Positions 11,514 through 24,500 are shown, counted from the first letter of the whole stretch. The stretch: DNA of 63,141 bases, filler included, from Choristocarpus tenellus KU-1152 (GCA_964200185.2; 9 parts of 9 records of this genome joined end to end with filler, not necessarily neighbours in it); one strand, 5' to 3'. Notes: a model not told the origin generated them from the letters alone. Translations and numbers: made by a program.

Positions 11514-13025
11514 CAGTTGGTTTACCTATATTAGAGAGGGTAGGGGCAAGCAATAAACCCCTCTCTTATATAATTTTCTCTTAAACCGAGGGATAGTGAT
11601 AAGAGAAACCTATGTTATATAGACCAACAGTGTTCGTACGCACTTTATACTTGTCCCCGGATGACGACAAAGTGACGCCCTTGCTGTGCCTGCCTTTTAG
11701 AGTAGTTACATGTAGATATGCATTGAACATTACCCTCAGTGAACCCATTTCGATGGAGCTGTGGTGGTGCAGCAAGCACCACATCTACACCACCCACCCC
11801 TGCACAGTATACCTGTGTCATATGTATACAGTACTGTAACTTTGGTGAAATTACACTCATTACGATGTTCATTCTTCTGCATAATACACATTCTCAAGAA
11901 AATCATCCGCAAGCCATTATCACCGTCCAAATCAAATCAACGTTCAAAGTCAATTTCCCTCCGATGCCCTGTCCTACATATTCAATTGCACTCTACAAGG
12001 ACATTATATACCGTACAGTATCAAAAACACCACCGTGGATCAAATGTGGCAGCACCGCCATGTACCTCCCATCGCACGCACAGAGTAAAACAACTTATTT
12101 GCTAATGAAAATTTCGCGGCTGCCAAAAAACTCTCGAATGTCCGCTTGCTTGATTGCCCTTGGTCCGATTGCGCTGAGCCAAGACAGCTTTGCTTTCCGG
12201 AGATGTTACGACGTTCATGCTGCACTCTTCGTCGGTTGTTTCTAAGCTTGCAAACTCGTCAGCTACTTAAGAGTATGATGGTGGAGAAATCGAGAACACC
12301 GAAGAGGCTACTCCTTTCCTCATGGCCCCTGATGTGCTGCCCCTTCCCATAAACCCATTGTCATCCTCGTCACCTGAGCTTCATTGTCTGACTGGTACAA
12401 GAATTTCTCGAGCAGCTGGTCTTTCACGTCCTCTAGTGTCGCATTGGCCACTTCATTGTTGTCTTTCACACCGATCCACGCTCTTGCTGCGTTGATGGAA
12501 GTCTGAGATGTTCGCAGATAGCGGTGCTGATACACTATAGACACCACCGGTGGATTAGATAATAGGATGGAGAGCCAGTGATATACCATTCATTTATTGA
12601 CTCACTAGTGTCCATTGATTCATGTCATGTTCAAGATACACTTGCTATACTGAAGACAAGTTAAATAAGTGATTCATAGTAAATTAGTGAGGACGATTGC
12701 AAACCCCACACTATAGGAACCTTGATCTGATACATTGTATGTACTCTACCGTGCAGTACTGAGAGACAAAAGACTGCTAAGTTGTGTACTCGTGGTCGAG
12801 CGGCTTTGTGCCTTACTTTGATAAATTTTACTTTAGACATGGCTTTTTGTGAAACCCCTCTGTCAAGTAGTGAAAAAAAATGCAAGTTTGCTCGATATAA
12901 GAGAGAATTGGGAGCAAAACCCCGAAACCTCTCTTATAAACCTGAAAAGCCCTGACAGGCAATGAACCCTATCTTACATCCCATTTTCTCTAATATCGAC
13001 CTCTCTTATATAGGTACACTGCCTG
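11514..13025 (-). mobile_element. pogo/Tigger-like (IS630-Tc1-mariner) internally deleted DNA transposon
   Basis: TA|CAGttggtttACCTATATtAGAGAGG ... CCTCTCTTATATAGGTAcactgcCTG|TA terminal inverted repeats with TA duplication, plus subterminal CCTCTCTTATA repeats. Broken minus-strand ORF remnants (~12500-12095) end in KQADIREFF, a PIP-box typical of pogo transposase C-termini. Confidence 0.7.
12509..12721 (+). mobile_element. Putative solo LTR (~210 bp dispersed repeat), nested in the pogo-like element
   Basis: Starts TGTTCG, ends near GAAC. Homologous to 59070-59281 and to the truncated copy at 43235-43301 (shared tgctgatacac..tagacaccaccggtggattagataataggatggagagccagt). No clean TSD. Confidence 0.55.
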
Positions 13026-13499
13026 TATTCTAAATATAACCATCTTTGTCACAATTTTGAGGCTAAATCGGAGATTCGATCGGACTGGAATTGGAGATGT
13101 TGAACCAATAATAAAGAGTATTGTTTGCATTTGGGATTGAATTAACTGAGTGACCTTTTTTTGTATATTTAGCATGATATTAGGTCATTTCTTATTTCCA
13201 AGTTTTTCATCTGTTTTTCGTGAGAAATCGACTGTGATCTAGCGTGACAGGTGAATCTTGAGGTGTATGGCCAACACTTTCAGACCAAGAAATTACCGAC
13301 AAGTACTTCAACCAGGGTAGTTTATAAAATATTGAAGGATAGGTTACGGTGAGTGTTGAGTCAATGGTCTACAAGCAATGGTGCCCGTTCGATAGTTGGT
13401 GGGCGCCACTTACCACAATTGAAGGTTGGGTCACATTTCTCTATGGTATGCACGAATATGCCACACAACCTATTGTGTGTGTTGGAAACGAGTATAACC

Positions 13500-13830
13500 A
13501 AAATTCTACGACTGATTCCATCACTAATAGTGAATTAAGGCAGGGGTAGAACCTTTGAAGAAGGTGGCTTGGCGTTCCTTCCAAGGACTCCGTAATGGGT
13601 TAGGCAATCTTCAGCTTCTTGATGCAATGTCGATATTCGAGCCCCAGGGCTTCCCATTATTGGAGGAAGATGTCGCTAGTGACTTCGGTGAAGAGAGTAT
13701 ATATTTGCAGGTGGCTATGCTGCAGAGCACTCTATTGTCAGCAGAGAAGCACTCCTTCTTGAGTGAGATGAGGTGAAGTGTGCCATGCAGGACATTTTAC
13801 GAAGAACGTGACAATGTTCAAAATCTCTTG
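13500..13830 (+). pseudogene. Possible decayed hAT-type transposase fragment
   Basis: LQLLDAMSIFEPQGFPLLEEDVASDFGEESIYL resembles the 'll.a..ifdP...p......yG...i..L' segment of hAT/ZNF862-like transposases. Interrupted by stops. Confidence 0.3.
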
Positions 13831-14203
13831 CATGGCATTAGATCTGCACCTGCCCTACGGCTTGAGGCAGGGTATGGGTTAGACCGAGTATGGGGTAGAA
13901 GGAGAACGCAGAGGAGGTTGATGATGTAAAGGGAAAGATGTCGTGTCGCAAGAGGAGGAGTGTAGTAGCACAAGGACAAGATATTTATAAAACTGGTGAC
14001 TTGTTGGTGTGCAGTCCGGCATGAGAAGCAACAGTTGAAAACTTACACACCTGGCTGTCTTGCTGCATCCATCTGTGGATTATGAGAGAGTATTTTCTTG
14101 AACAAGATCAAGACCAAGAATCGGCACCATCTCATGTTTACACAATGGAGTCCTCATGCAAATATCTCTTGGCAAATACCTCGAGGGGTAGCCCTGAAAC
14201 TTG

Positions 14204-17200
14204 TGTTACAAGCGAATAGCGCGAGCATTTCTTGTGTTCTAACAAAATGCGAGCATTTGTTACACACGAATAGCACGAGCATTTCTTCTCATGTTTTAGC
14301 AAACATGAAAATTTGTGACAGACGTATAGTGCGAGGATTGTTTCTCGCGTTCTAACAAGTGCGAACAATATACGATATTAGTAACACATAGGTAGCCTTA
14401 CAGAATAAATGCTGATTTTGTAGAAGATACAGAGTAAGATTCGTAATGCATACGTAACACTACAGAAGAAAATGTCAAAGTCCCTAAGAAGTTGCAGAAT
14501 AAAGGTTCATGATTGGAGTAAGTGTAGAGCAGTTGCATAGAAGACCAAAGAAATTGGGTGGATGAAAATAATAAGAGGGCTTTTGATGAAAAGACCTTGA
14601 CCCCACTTAAGACTGTCTTTATCTTTTATCTTGAACGAAACATCGAGTCGAGCTTTGAGCTAAGCACTGAGTGGAATATCAAGGAGAGAAGGACAGCTGA
14701 CACCCTACAAACTGTTGTAAAAGGCAACGCCCCCATAGCGTCGTTTTAAGGTCGTTGGATTTGAGTTGTACATCCTGTGGAGGTAAGTTCTGAGGGGCGC
14801 CTGTAACATGGAGGTCCTACCGAGACTTCCACCCTGTACCATATGCGGTCTCAATATATGTATCTCATGTTTTTCTTCATAAAATTAAATGGAAACGTGG
14901 AGAGGTTCATGTAACGCCAGTTTGTCCCACAGCCATCGGAAATAGGAACATCTTCGATATTTAGTCGAGAAAAATATACTGTGGTGTGTTGTATGGGGAT
15001 AGTGTCACTCCTGGACTACTGAGGACAACATCAATTTTGCTGATTTATAATTGATATAATGGAGGAAGGAAAAGCATCACATCATACCTCATCGTGGCCC
15101 TTATCCTGCTGGAAATTACAACCAAACCGAGGTGTTCCCACAACCAATTCGAGTCCAAAGGACCTCAAGCCATAGGTACTATTTTGCTCGCGGCGAGCTT
15201 CGCGCGCGGACGGTTGGCGGTGCGTACAGCGTTCAAGAGAACCAGGCAGTGGGAATTAGTATACAACTTCGTAAAGTGATAAGAAAAACATGATGAAAAA
15301 TTGTCGAGTATCAGAGATTTCCACGTATTGAAATTTGAGAGGTATGCAGGAAGACCTATGGTTGCCCCATGTTTTTCTCTTTTTCTTTTCAGAAATCGGC
15401 AATACTGAGTAGTGGTAAGTGGTGGTTCGTAGTTTGAGGTGTTGGGGGCAAGAAAGGTTGCGACAGATTTTTTCTACCTGTTTTTTTTCATAGGAAATAG
15501 GCGTCGTTCAGGAGTGATGGTGTTGTTTAGAGGTGGCACACAGTCCGCTTCCGGCACCCAGCATCCATTACCCTCAGGATCTAGGATCTAGGACCTAGGA
15601 ATTAGGACCCGGAACCCAGGAGCCAGAGCCCAACCAGGGTCGTTCATGATATATTGAACGAGTGGTGAAGCAACAGGTAGCAGGGAATGAAAGGGCCCCT
15701 GCTGCATGGTTGGTGAGTGCCCCTGCCACACTTCAAGGTCAGGTAACATTCTTTAAGGGATGAAGTACACAGGAATGAATGCATTGCTGCTCCCTGTCCT
15801 CATATGACCAACAACGTAAGCTAGCAACCAATTCCTCCTAAAATGTGCATGGCATCATCGTGGGGAAGGCTACCACTATCTACATACTATTCTGGTTGGT
15901 CATGAGGTTCGAGAGTATGGAGCTGGCCTTTGACCTTCCCGACCTCTTGAAGGTCTTGAATACCTGCAAAAATTACTACTGGTACCACCTTCTTACGTAC
16001 TAAAAAACATCATGATGACGATATTCCTGGACAATGAAAAGAGCGAGGCGCAGCAACGTTTCATCGAAGCAGATATCCCAAGGGCGAGTCCTTTCGTTGG
16101 ACTGTCCTCTGCCTCATCAGATGGAAGGTATTAGAAGCTTCTGGCTGAGATATGCTGTTAGGCACAACATTGTATATTCGAGGTATTCTGAAACACCCTG
16201 GAGTACATCGTAACAACAATAATTAATCGTTCTTACTTCTGATGTTGTGTCCCTCTCACAAGTCTTTGACTGTGTCGAGTCTTCCAATTCACCAAGCTTT
16301 TGAACACCGTGGATATGATGGTGAGAAGGACGGATTCCTCAAGGCCCTGGTACTGAGGCCTCTATGGAAAGTAGCTATGACTACAAAGAAAGGCGTGGCT
16401 ATCTCATATTCAAGACCCAGGATTTTTTTATCATTATGGTGGAGGAAGATGATATTACTGACCTACTGACTTTGGTGAAAAGACCTTTCGAATGAGTACT
16501 AGCTGATCACCATATGCCACAGAGAAGCACTCCTCTGTTATGCAGGATGTGCTACAAGTGGCCGGGGAAATTTTACCTCTTGCTCAGAATTAGAACTGTA
16601 CCCTGCCCAGTGCCTGTGTCATAGAGGGGGTGGAGCTGGTAGTTGCAGGAGGAGAACTTAGAAGAGCTCATACATATGACACAGCAGAAAAGAACAAAAT
16701 ATATGAGAAGGAGCATAACCAACCGCAAGAGCAATGCAATATTTGTAGTATTGTTTGTAACTTGTTGGCATTCAGTGTGGGATGAAAGGCCACAATTCAA
16801 CACTTGTACAACTTGGTCAAGGTGTCTATTACCTTGCCGCAAACTTCTGTGCACTGTATGTGCGAATTTCTTGTCTGAAAATGATAAAACCGAGACTGGG
16901 AAACGCCTCCGCCTTCAGGCAAATGCAAGTCCTCATCGTGCTTCCATGTGCACAGGGTGGAAGTCCTCATCACGCAGATATCTCCTGCCAAACAGCTTCA
17001 GGGGTTGATCTTCAGCGCTGAAACTTAAAATGACTTCCTCAAACAAGTGATTCGTAGGCGGACGGACCACTGGAGAAAAAGATTGATCCAAACATGGCTG
17101 CAGCAGGAGCATATGCGACAACGTGGTGGTGGCTCTAGGGGTGTTGGCAGGAATGAGGCGGGGATCACCACTGTGTAGAATATACTTGTATTACTGGAAG

Positions 17201-19110
17201 TAATGATTTTATAGTACGTACAGATTTCGTCTCCCCAGCAAGGAGGATCGGCATGCAGTCTCATTAGTTCAAAGTATCATTTTTTTCAACATAAAAAGTA
17301 AACATATTGATAGATATGCTCATCTCATGGCAGTATGACCCCTCTTATGACAAGATAGCGATATCGCCAATATTTCTTCAGAAGCAGTATACATTTAGTT
17401 TACTGAAGTGTGTTGTTTGAAGATAGCGTAATTCCGGTACTAGCAAGAACTACGTACAGCTTGAATTGTCTGGTGCATTTATTCAATGCAGGAACAAAAA
17501 GAATCATATCACCTCACCCCTCTTCCTAGAGGGAGCAAATATAAGAGTCCCAAAAACGTTTTTGACTCCGGCAGGGTCCCTTACTACCCGGGGAGCCTTT
17601 TATGCATATGGAAAGTCATAATCGCCAACTCATCCCAAGTGAATTAGTGGATCTACCTGTCGCCCACCACGCTGAAACTGACAGTTTTCTATGACTTTCC
17701 TAGGTTGGATGAGACAATGTTTCCTGTAGTAGTTAGAACCCCCCTCCTTTCAGGGAAATCTGGTTTCGGTTATCCAAGATCCATGTGGCAATAAGTACTA
17801 CGTGTTGCAGAGAGTAGAACAACCCTAACATCTCAGTATCACAAGTACTTGAATGAGATTTACTCTGGAGTGGCCCATAGTATTCTATAGGAGGTATCAG
17901 GAGTCCATTCGGGGCCTGTGTGACTCTATATTGACTCACTGTCATATGAGTGAACGTGTCAGATGTAAAGGGCAATTTCCTTCACATAGTGCACCTTCCT
18001 TTTCTATCCCCCTGCCCAGACTAAATCCGAAGGAAACCCATTCGCAAAACGGGCATTAACTAGGGTATCTTACAACGCCCCATCACGCCCTGAATGGACT
18101 ACTTGGGCTAAACATCCCCTCTCCCCTTTAGGATGCTATAGGCCAGTACCTGTAAGATGAAACGGCGTGTCCATGAATAAAAACAAAAACAAAACTGGCT
18201 AGCCCACATGGGCTCAATAAGTTCATCATCTTGATCGAGCAATCTCAAGGTGCCATCTTCATCTACAAGCATATGAAGGTTGCAGTATCGCTTCAAGAGT
18301 AAAAAAAATGTGACTTGAACTATAGATAATGTGACTAACATTGTTCTGAACGAGTAGAAGATGCGTTTCTGTGGGGTTGCCATTCTGGAAGTGTTCAGTG
18401 TTTTAGAGCCACGGAGTTTCCCAAAGGAAAATGCTTGCAAGTTTTGTTGGTGGAAGGTTATATGATAGGATTGAGGAGCTTCCTCAATACTATGGTATCA
18501 AAAGTATCAAAAGGGGAAATGTTACAGGCGAATAGCGCGAGTATTTCTTCTTGTATTTCAACGAAGTGCGAGCGTTTGTTTCACGCGAATAGCGCGAGCA
18601 TTTTCTTCTCATTTTTCAGGAAATACGAACATTTGTAACAGACGTATAGTGTGAGGATTGTTTCTCGAGTTCTGACAAGTACGAACAATATACGATATTA
18701 GTAACACATAGGTAGCCTTATAGAATAAATGATGATTTTGATAGGAGACACAACGTAAGATTTGAAATTCAAACATAATCTTACAGAATAGATGTCAATT
18801 CCTGGAAGTTGCAGAATAAAGATTTATGATTGAAGTATCTACTTAGCAGCTTGCAAACTCCATTTAACTCTTTGGCTGTAGAAAAATGGTGAATGATGCT
18901 AATAGAAGGCTGATGTAGACTACCACGCTCTCAGACCTTTTTGATGAACCTCTTTTGATAAAGCGAAAGCAAGACATTGACTGAGCTAAACATCTAGCTG
19001 ACACCATATGTGGTTATCATCTGTGGACCCCCCTTGTAGCGTCGTTTTAAGGTCGTTGGGATTTGAGTTGTACATCCTGTGGAGGTGAGTTCTGAGGGGC
19101 GCCTGTAACA
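14204..19110 (+). mobile_element. Decayed LTR retrotransposon (probably Ty3/Gypsy): LTRs 14204-14808 and 18520-19110, PBS tRNA-Gln, PPT
   Basis: Both LTRs begin TGTTACA and end TGTAACA and share long homologous blocks. PBS TGGAGGTCCTACCGAGA at 14809-14825; PPT AAAAGGGGAAA directly before 18520. The internal region is stop-ridden, with a zinc-knuckle-like CGMKGH remnant near 16775-16800. Confidence 0.8.
14809..14825 (+). promoter_or_regulatory. Primer-binding site complementary to the 3' end of tRNA-Gln
   Basis: TGGAGGTCCTACCGAGA is the reverse complement of ...TCTCGGTAGGACCTCCA, a eukaryotic tRNA-Gln 3' end including CCA. It abuts the LTR end. Confidence 0.8.
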
Positions 19111-20599
19111 TGGAGGTCCTACCGCCTCTCTTCAAACTGGAGGGAATACTCATTAGTTCACCTCAACACTTAGGATTCTTTACAGCTTACTACGCCCTCC
19201 AGGATTCTTTTCTTTTCCCCCTTGGGCTTGTGGTCTATATCTGTCGTCTACGGGATTCCCTTCTTGGGTTCGTCGTCTTCATGGGTCTGAGGGCTTCTGT
19301 GGCACTGAGGGAATCACCCTTCTCTAGCCATAAAACGAGTGGCCTCTGATTGCCACATCACTCGCCTATAGTCATAAAATGAGTGGTATTTGATCACCAT
19401 GGTCGAGATGTTGCCTAGGAAGTCAATTGTTCTGCGTTCCTTTACTCACACGTTTTATTCTCTATTGGTTGGCATCTTGCCCTTTATTCCCCAGGTTTAC
19501 AGGAATGTCTGGCTCACAGTATTCGCGAGAAGCTGACGTCGCCTCCGACCTACAGATTCTCCAAGGAATCGATTATTCCGAGAGATTCCAGTCCAGTACC
19601 ACAACTCAAGGCAATTCTGGTTGCAGCCGTGTCCACGCTGCTGAACGTCTAGGCAGGCGCAGAGAGCAGGTTCGTTTTCGGTCTTCCGGTCGTGGCAGAT
19701 CCCGCTCCAGGTCGAGACAGGCGCTCTCATCGACACGGATGGAGGACCAGAGAAGAATGCAGAGGCCGCACCCGTTCACCATGTTGTCACCGTCGGACCA
19801 GTGATTATTATTCTCGCACAGGTCTGTATCACCCAGATCATCTCAAAGGAATAGCCTGAGTATGGTACGTTGGCCCATAGAGATTGAGGCAGAGTTGCGA
19901 AGAGAAATTCATGAGTTGCGTACACGAGCTGAGTCGCGTGAGTCACGACCCGATAGGCAGGAGCGCAACCTCGACATACGTTATCATCAAGATTGTGTTA
20001 AAACCATGGAACGCATTCATAAGAAACTTGGAGACCCTGCCCACGGCCCCACTTTTCTTGGAGTACCTGCAGATAACTCCGCCCCAACCATGTCAAAAAA
20101 ACCCGTTTTTTTCGCTGACGCTCTTACCAAGGCTTTAGAGGTACACGAATGCTGGGGACACTGTCGTCTCCTATAGCGCAGAGAGGCACAGTGTGGTGGA
20201 GGCGGCCCTTGAACGGAGCAGGAGATTGGAGGTGTTCGTGTCCAACGCACCGTCAAAGGACGAGGTGAAGCAGAGGATATCCATCCAATACATGCTACCA
20301 AATCACCCAAAATCGCGACATGAATGTGACCCAAATGGGTTCAAGGAGAATTGTGGGCCTCTTACCCAAAGATCGTGTCCACTATCGTAATATATCACGT
20401 CCACGTAGTGATGCCCTTACCCCTTTCCGCATCGAGCTTGAGCAACGATTGTCTGACTCTCTTAGGACCCACAGTGATCTGCTAAGCGACTCATCTACAG
20501 TGGATGTCCCGAGCGTCACTGAACACCTCCTTCGGGTTCCTCGGGAAGACATGACAGCAACTGAGTGGGTCCGTATCCTGGTGAGAGAATGCATTCTTT
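19111..20599 (+). mobile_element. Second retroelement internal region (PBS + frameshifted gag-like ORFs) downstream of the second LTR
   Basis: PBS TGGAGGTCCTACCG at 19111-19124, then a leader and coding-like broken ORFs (19505-19804, 19862-20176, 20320-20599; RS-rich and coiled-coil). Truncated by a MITE and the contig end. Confidence 0.55.
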
Positions 20600-20771
20600 G
20601 TCAAGAAGTGTCTGGGGGGGGGGTGGCGGCTGTCCATTTGGGGACAATTTTTTCATGTCGCAATTTTTGTTTGATTTGATTGCATACGTCGGATGGATAA
20701 TGTAAAAGCGCTTTTCCCGATTTTGTCCAAATGGACACCCTGGTGTAGACCCCCCCCCCTTCAGATACTTT
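20600..20771. mobile_element. MITE family B copy at contig end
   Basis: aagtgtctggggggg..gtccatttgggg..ccaaatggacaccctggtgtagacccc..agatacttt, homologous to 7516-7696. Confidence 0.8.
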
Positions 20772-21284
20772 NNNNNNNNNNNNNNNNNNNNNNNNNNNNN
20801 NNNNNNNNNNNNNNNTTAATTAATTAANNNNNNNNNNNNNNNNNNNNNNNNNNNNNNNNNNNNNNNNNNNNCCCCCCCCCAGATACTTTGACCCAGTACT
20901 TCGTGTTGCTGAAAGTAATGTCTTGAAATATCTTGAACTTTGTAGAAGAGTCAGTGCTGCTCTCCACAAGGAGCAGAGATTCGTCTTCTCTCAATATAAC
21001 AGGCGATTGCACTTTCCTATTGACTTTTAGAGGTGGCTAGTCTCCCTTGAATATCTATCTTGAACTCTCTAACTTCAATCTGGCCATCGTTTCTCCATCC
21101 AACGTACTGCATTTCTTGCGTATTGCCATCCTTCCTAAGGCCTTCCTGAGCCCCAACGGCAAGAATTGTGTGGACTCCCCTGTAGATGTGAGTAATTGTG
21201 GTCTTGAGCGATCCCCTCTCGAGGAGGGTGGACGGGGGAGCTGAACAAGCTAGCCTCCAATATTGCGACGGGAAGGTACAGTTG

Positions 21285-21540
21285 GAGTGAAAGTATCTTA
21301 GAGGGTACGATTTTTGCCCTGTTTGTCCGTTTGGGGCTTAGCTCCCCACGTTTTTTTTATATTTTACCTACTCCGAAACGTTTCGGAGTAGGTAAAATGT
21401 GTACGTTATGAAAAGGTGTATCCATAACAAGGATACTGATACCTCCTAACAAAGACAATAGCCAAAATTACATCAAAATCGCAACATTAGATTTTGGGCC
21501 CCGAACGAAAACGGCTCTACCCTCTAAGATACTTTGACTC
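21285..21540. mobile_element. MITE family A (~250 bp), full copy
   Basis: TIRs GAGTGAAAGTATCTTAGAGGGTA / TACCCTCTAAGATACTTTGACTC, flanked by ttg/ttg. Central perfect 38-bp palindrome at 21361-21398. Confidence 0.9.
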
Positions 21541-24500
21541 TTGATGAGGATTTTGTTCTTCATCTTGGTCAGCGAAGTGCAAAAGATTAGTATTCTTCCA
21601 CACATCAATATCATTCATGAACTGTATGCCATAATTGTGCCAATTGCGCGCGTGAATATTGTGCCTATGTAAGGCGTGGGACACAAAGGCCTTCATGGTG
21701 CGCCATGAAGTGAAGTGCAGGTTTTGTATTTGACTGAGATCCTCTCGATGTAAGGGGGGGAATCATCATCTCTGGTATTCTACTTTTGTCCCACTTGAGG
21801 TTTGTAGGTAGAATATTTGCACAACTCACACATAAACAATTTCAGATTGGACATATTTTCCTTGTTGATGCGGTCGGTAGAGTGCATCACATTGGATGAT
21901 ATTTTGGACACACATTTTAATTGAGATATGACGCTTGAAGTGATTGAGCATCCGATTGACACAGACGTATGTGGTATTTTGCAATAATCAATCCCACCAG
22001 AAGAAGGCTCTTGAGAATCGATTGAATAAGCTTGCCTCAATCTTATTTGTCTGAGAATTATTGACCAAGCACCAAATCAGTTGGGCGAGACATAACATAT
22101 GCTACCACCACCATCCGATGTGTAATTGCTCTACTGCAGCCTCAAGAGATCACTCTTTGTCTCTTATCTACCAAATTTGCGCCGACCACACAGGTCGATG
22201 CTGGGTGTGCACTTCCATGCCGACAATGTTGATGGCATGCTTTTTGGTGAGGTCATCGCCGTTCGGATCCTGCAAGAGGTCAGTGACATATATGCCCAAT
22301 CGAAAGAACACAATTTGCAACGAAATTGAGGAAAAGCCTCAGGGAAAGGTAGTATATTGTTGCGTGTTGTATGCAGTAGTCACTATGACGCTCTCCCATT
22401 GTGTTGGTGCTACGTCAGTGCAAGGAAGACAAAATTTTCATCATTACACGCAATTGTGCTGCTGTTCCGTGTGACTGCGATTTCCCCTCAAAATGCCTTC
22501 CCCGGTGCACTTACAATATGAAATGTATGTAGTGACTAGGAGGGAGGACGTGTTTTTGGGAGGATCTCAAACAAATGCATTCTCAAACGTCTTGTCACAT
22601 TGGATGCCAATATAGATCTACAGATTAGATCACCCTTGAGTTTCTCCTACCTTCGTCATTGTTCGGACACACATTGATTGTACAGGAATTGTCAGGGCTT
22701 CCTGAGGGGGAGATGGCCTTCTGGGAATTTGAACTTTTTAACCGTGACACAATCAAGGTGTGATAACCATGGTATGGGTATTGTCGTGTACACCAGCGTG
22801 GCAGATTTGTTTTGTTTTTTTCCTGGACGCGCACTTGGCATGCATTTGTTGTTTGTACTTACATAATGTGGTCTTGTCTTGAGAGACGAAGGCTTTTGAA
22901 CAACCTCTACTCGACTCTTGCTCTGTGCTCGGATAATTGCATTGCCGATATAGATTCTTGGTTTCAATTCACAAGTGCTTGAGTACATAATTCCCATCTC
23001 AAGAGGCCCAACTCGATGAAGTACTCCACTTGACGTGGCTTACCTGTTTCTTTCCCTTAGAGATGCTGTGCCTCAGCCAACGTCGTACTTGGTACATTGA
23101 TCATCAATGAACATGCCATCAGATGCACCAGACACTTCGATCGCTCTTTGAATTTTCAGCTAAACCATTGCTTGACCCCGTTTTTTCACCATCCCTCCGT
23201 CTGCAGATCGAACGTGAAGGCAACACCGTTGGTGGGGTTTTCTTCCCTGGTCCATATGACCCGGATCTGTTCCTTGAGGAAGAGTGAGTAATAGGTTAGC
23301 TCACCTGTTAGAAATTGCTCCACTCAGATTGCTGAATCCACGTTTGACACTAGCTCCTTGTTTTTCACATGTTGGTGTAAATATGGTTGATTTGAAGCAC
23401 GCTCTTCACACATACTCTCAATTTTATAATAAATACATCCCGTGTCATGGGTTGATTAAGGCTGATTCGTTACAAAAAGGAAGAGTGACTGGATTTATGT
23501 CATTTCCAGTGACTTGACGAAACACTTTCCACACCCTAACCCTACAGATGTAAGGACAATAAATGCAAAGGTCAGGAGCTGGAGAGGACGAATAGGTTGT
23601 ACAACAAGGGATACTACTAATCATGCATAACTTGTAGCTATGGGCCACATCCTCCCCAATATTATGTATATACTTAAGGAGTCTGCACATCTCATTAGAA
23701 CACCCGTCTTTCTCTCTCCTCCTGAGCCCAGGAGCAGATCTCTAGAGGGCGATATATAACTGTCGAAAGTATTTTCTTGACGTCTGGAGTGGGGGGAGAC
23801 ATGACACAGATGTAGATTGGACAGTGCACAGGAGTCTCTATCCACACGGGGGGAAGATATTGAGCCCTCCTCTCTGGCCTCGCAGGAACTCTCAGCCCCA
23901 TGGGAGAGACTTCATTACAAAGCGTGCGATGGTCCCCAACCATGGGGGGGTAGTGTGCAAGGCACTGACGTTTGAACGAATTTCTTGTAGCAATTAGTGG
24001 AAGGAGGCACTTTTTCCCTCCTACCCTGTAAGGTCATTTGAGTTTTTAGAGTGTGGGCGCTTGATCTTCGTTTTGTACGGAGAGTTACACCATCTCAAAG
24101 GGATGTCGATTTTGCCCGTTTTTGAGTATTGTAAGGACTTTTTCGAACATTGTACAATACACCATGGTCATACTTGAAATGCAGTCAGTCCTTTTTAGGA
24201 GAGAAATTGTCTGGAGAAGAGGAGACCCTCTGGATGGGAGATATTCGGCGCATGGATTGAAGGATGGAGGATGCCGACGAGATTTTGATGTACCAGTTGG
24301 TGATCGCTGACAATGAAGAAGTTGGGAATGTATGCAAAACGCACTTGTGTATCTTTATATGCAGTTCAGAAGTAGAGTGTAATATTCACCTACTTTTAAT
24401 GATCTTGCTAAACAAACACAACGTTTGATGATATGTTATTTTTACCCAGAAGCAAGCTTACTTATACATTTATAAAGGACAGGAGAGAGGTAAGATGGAG

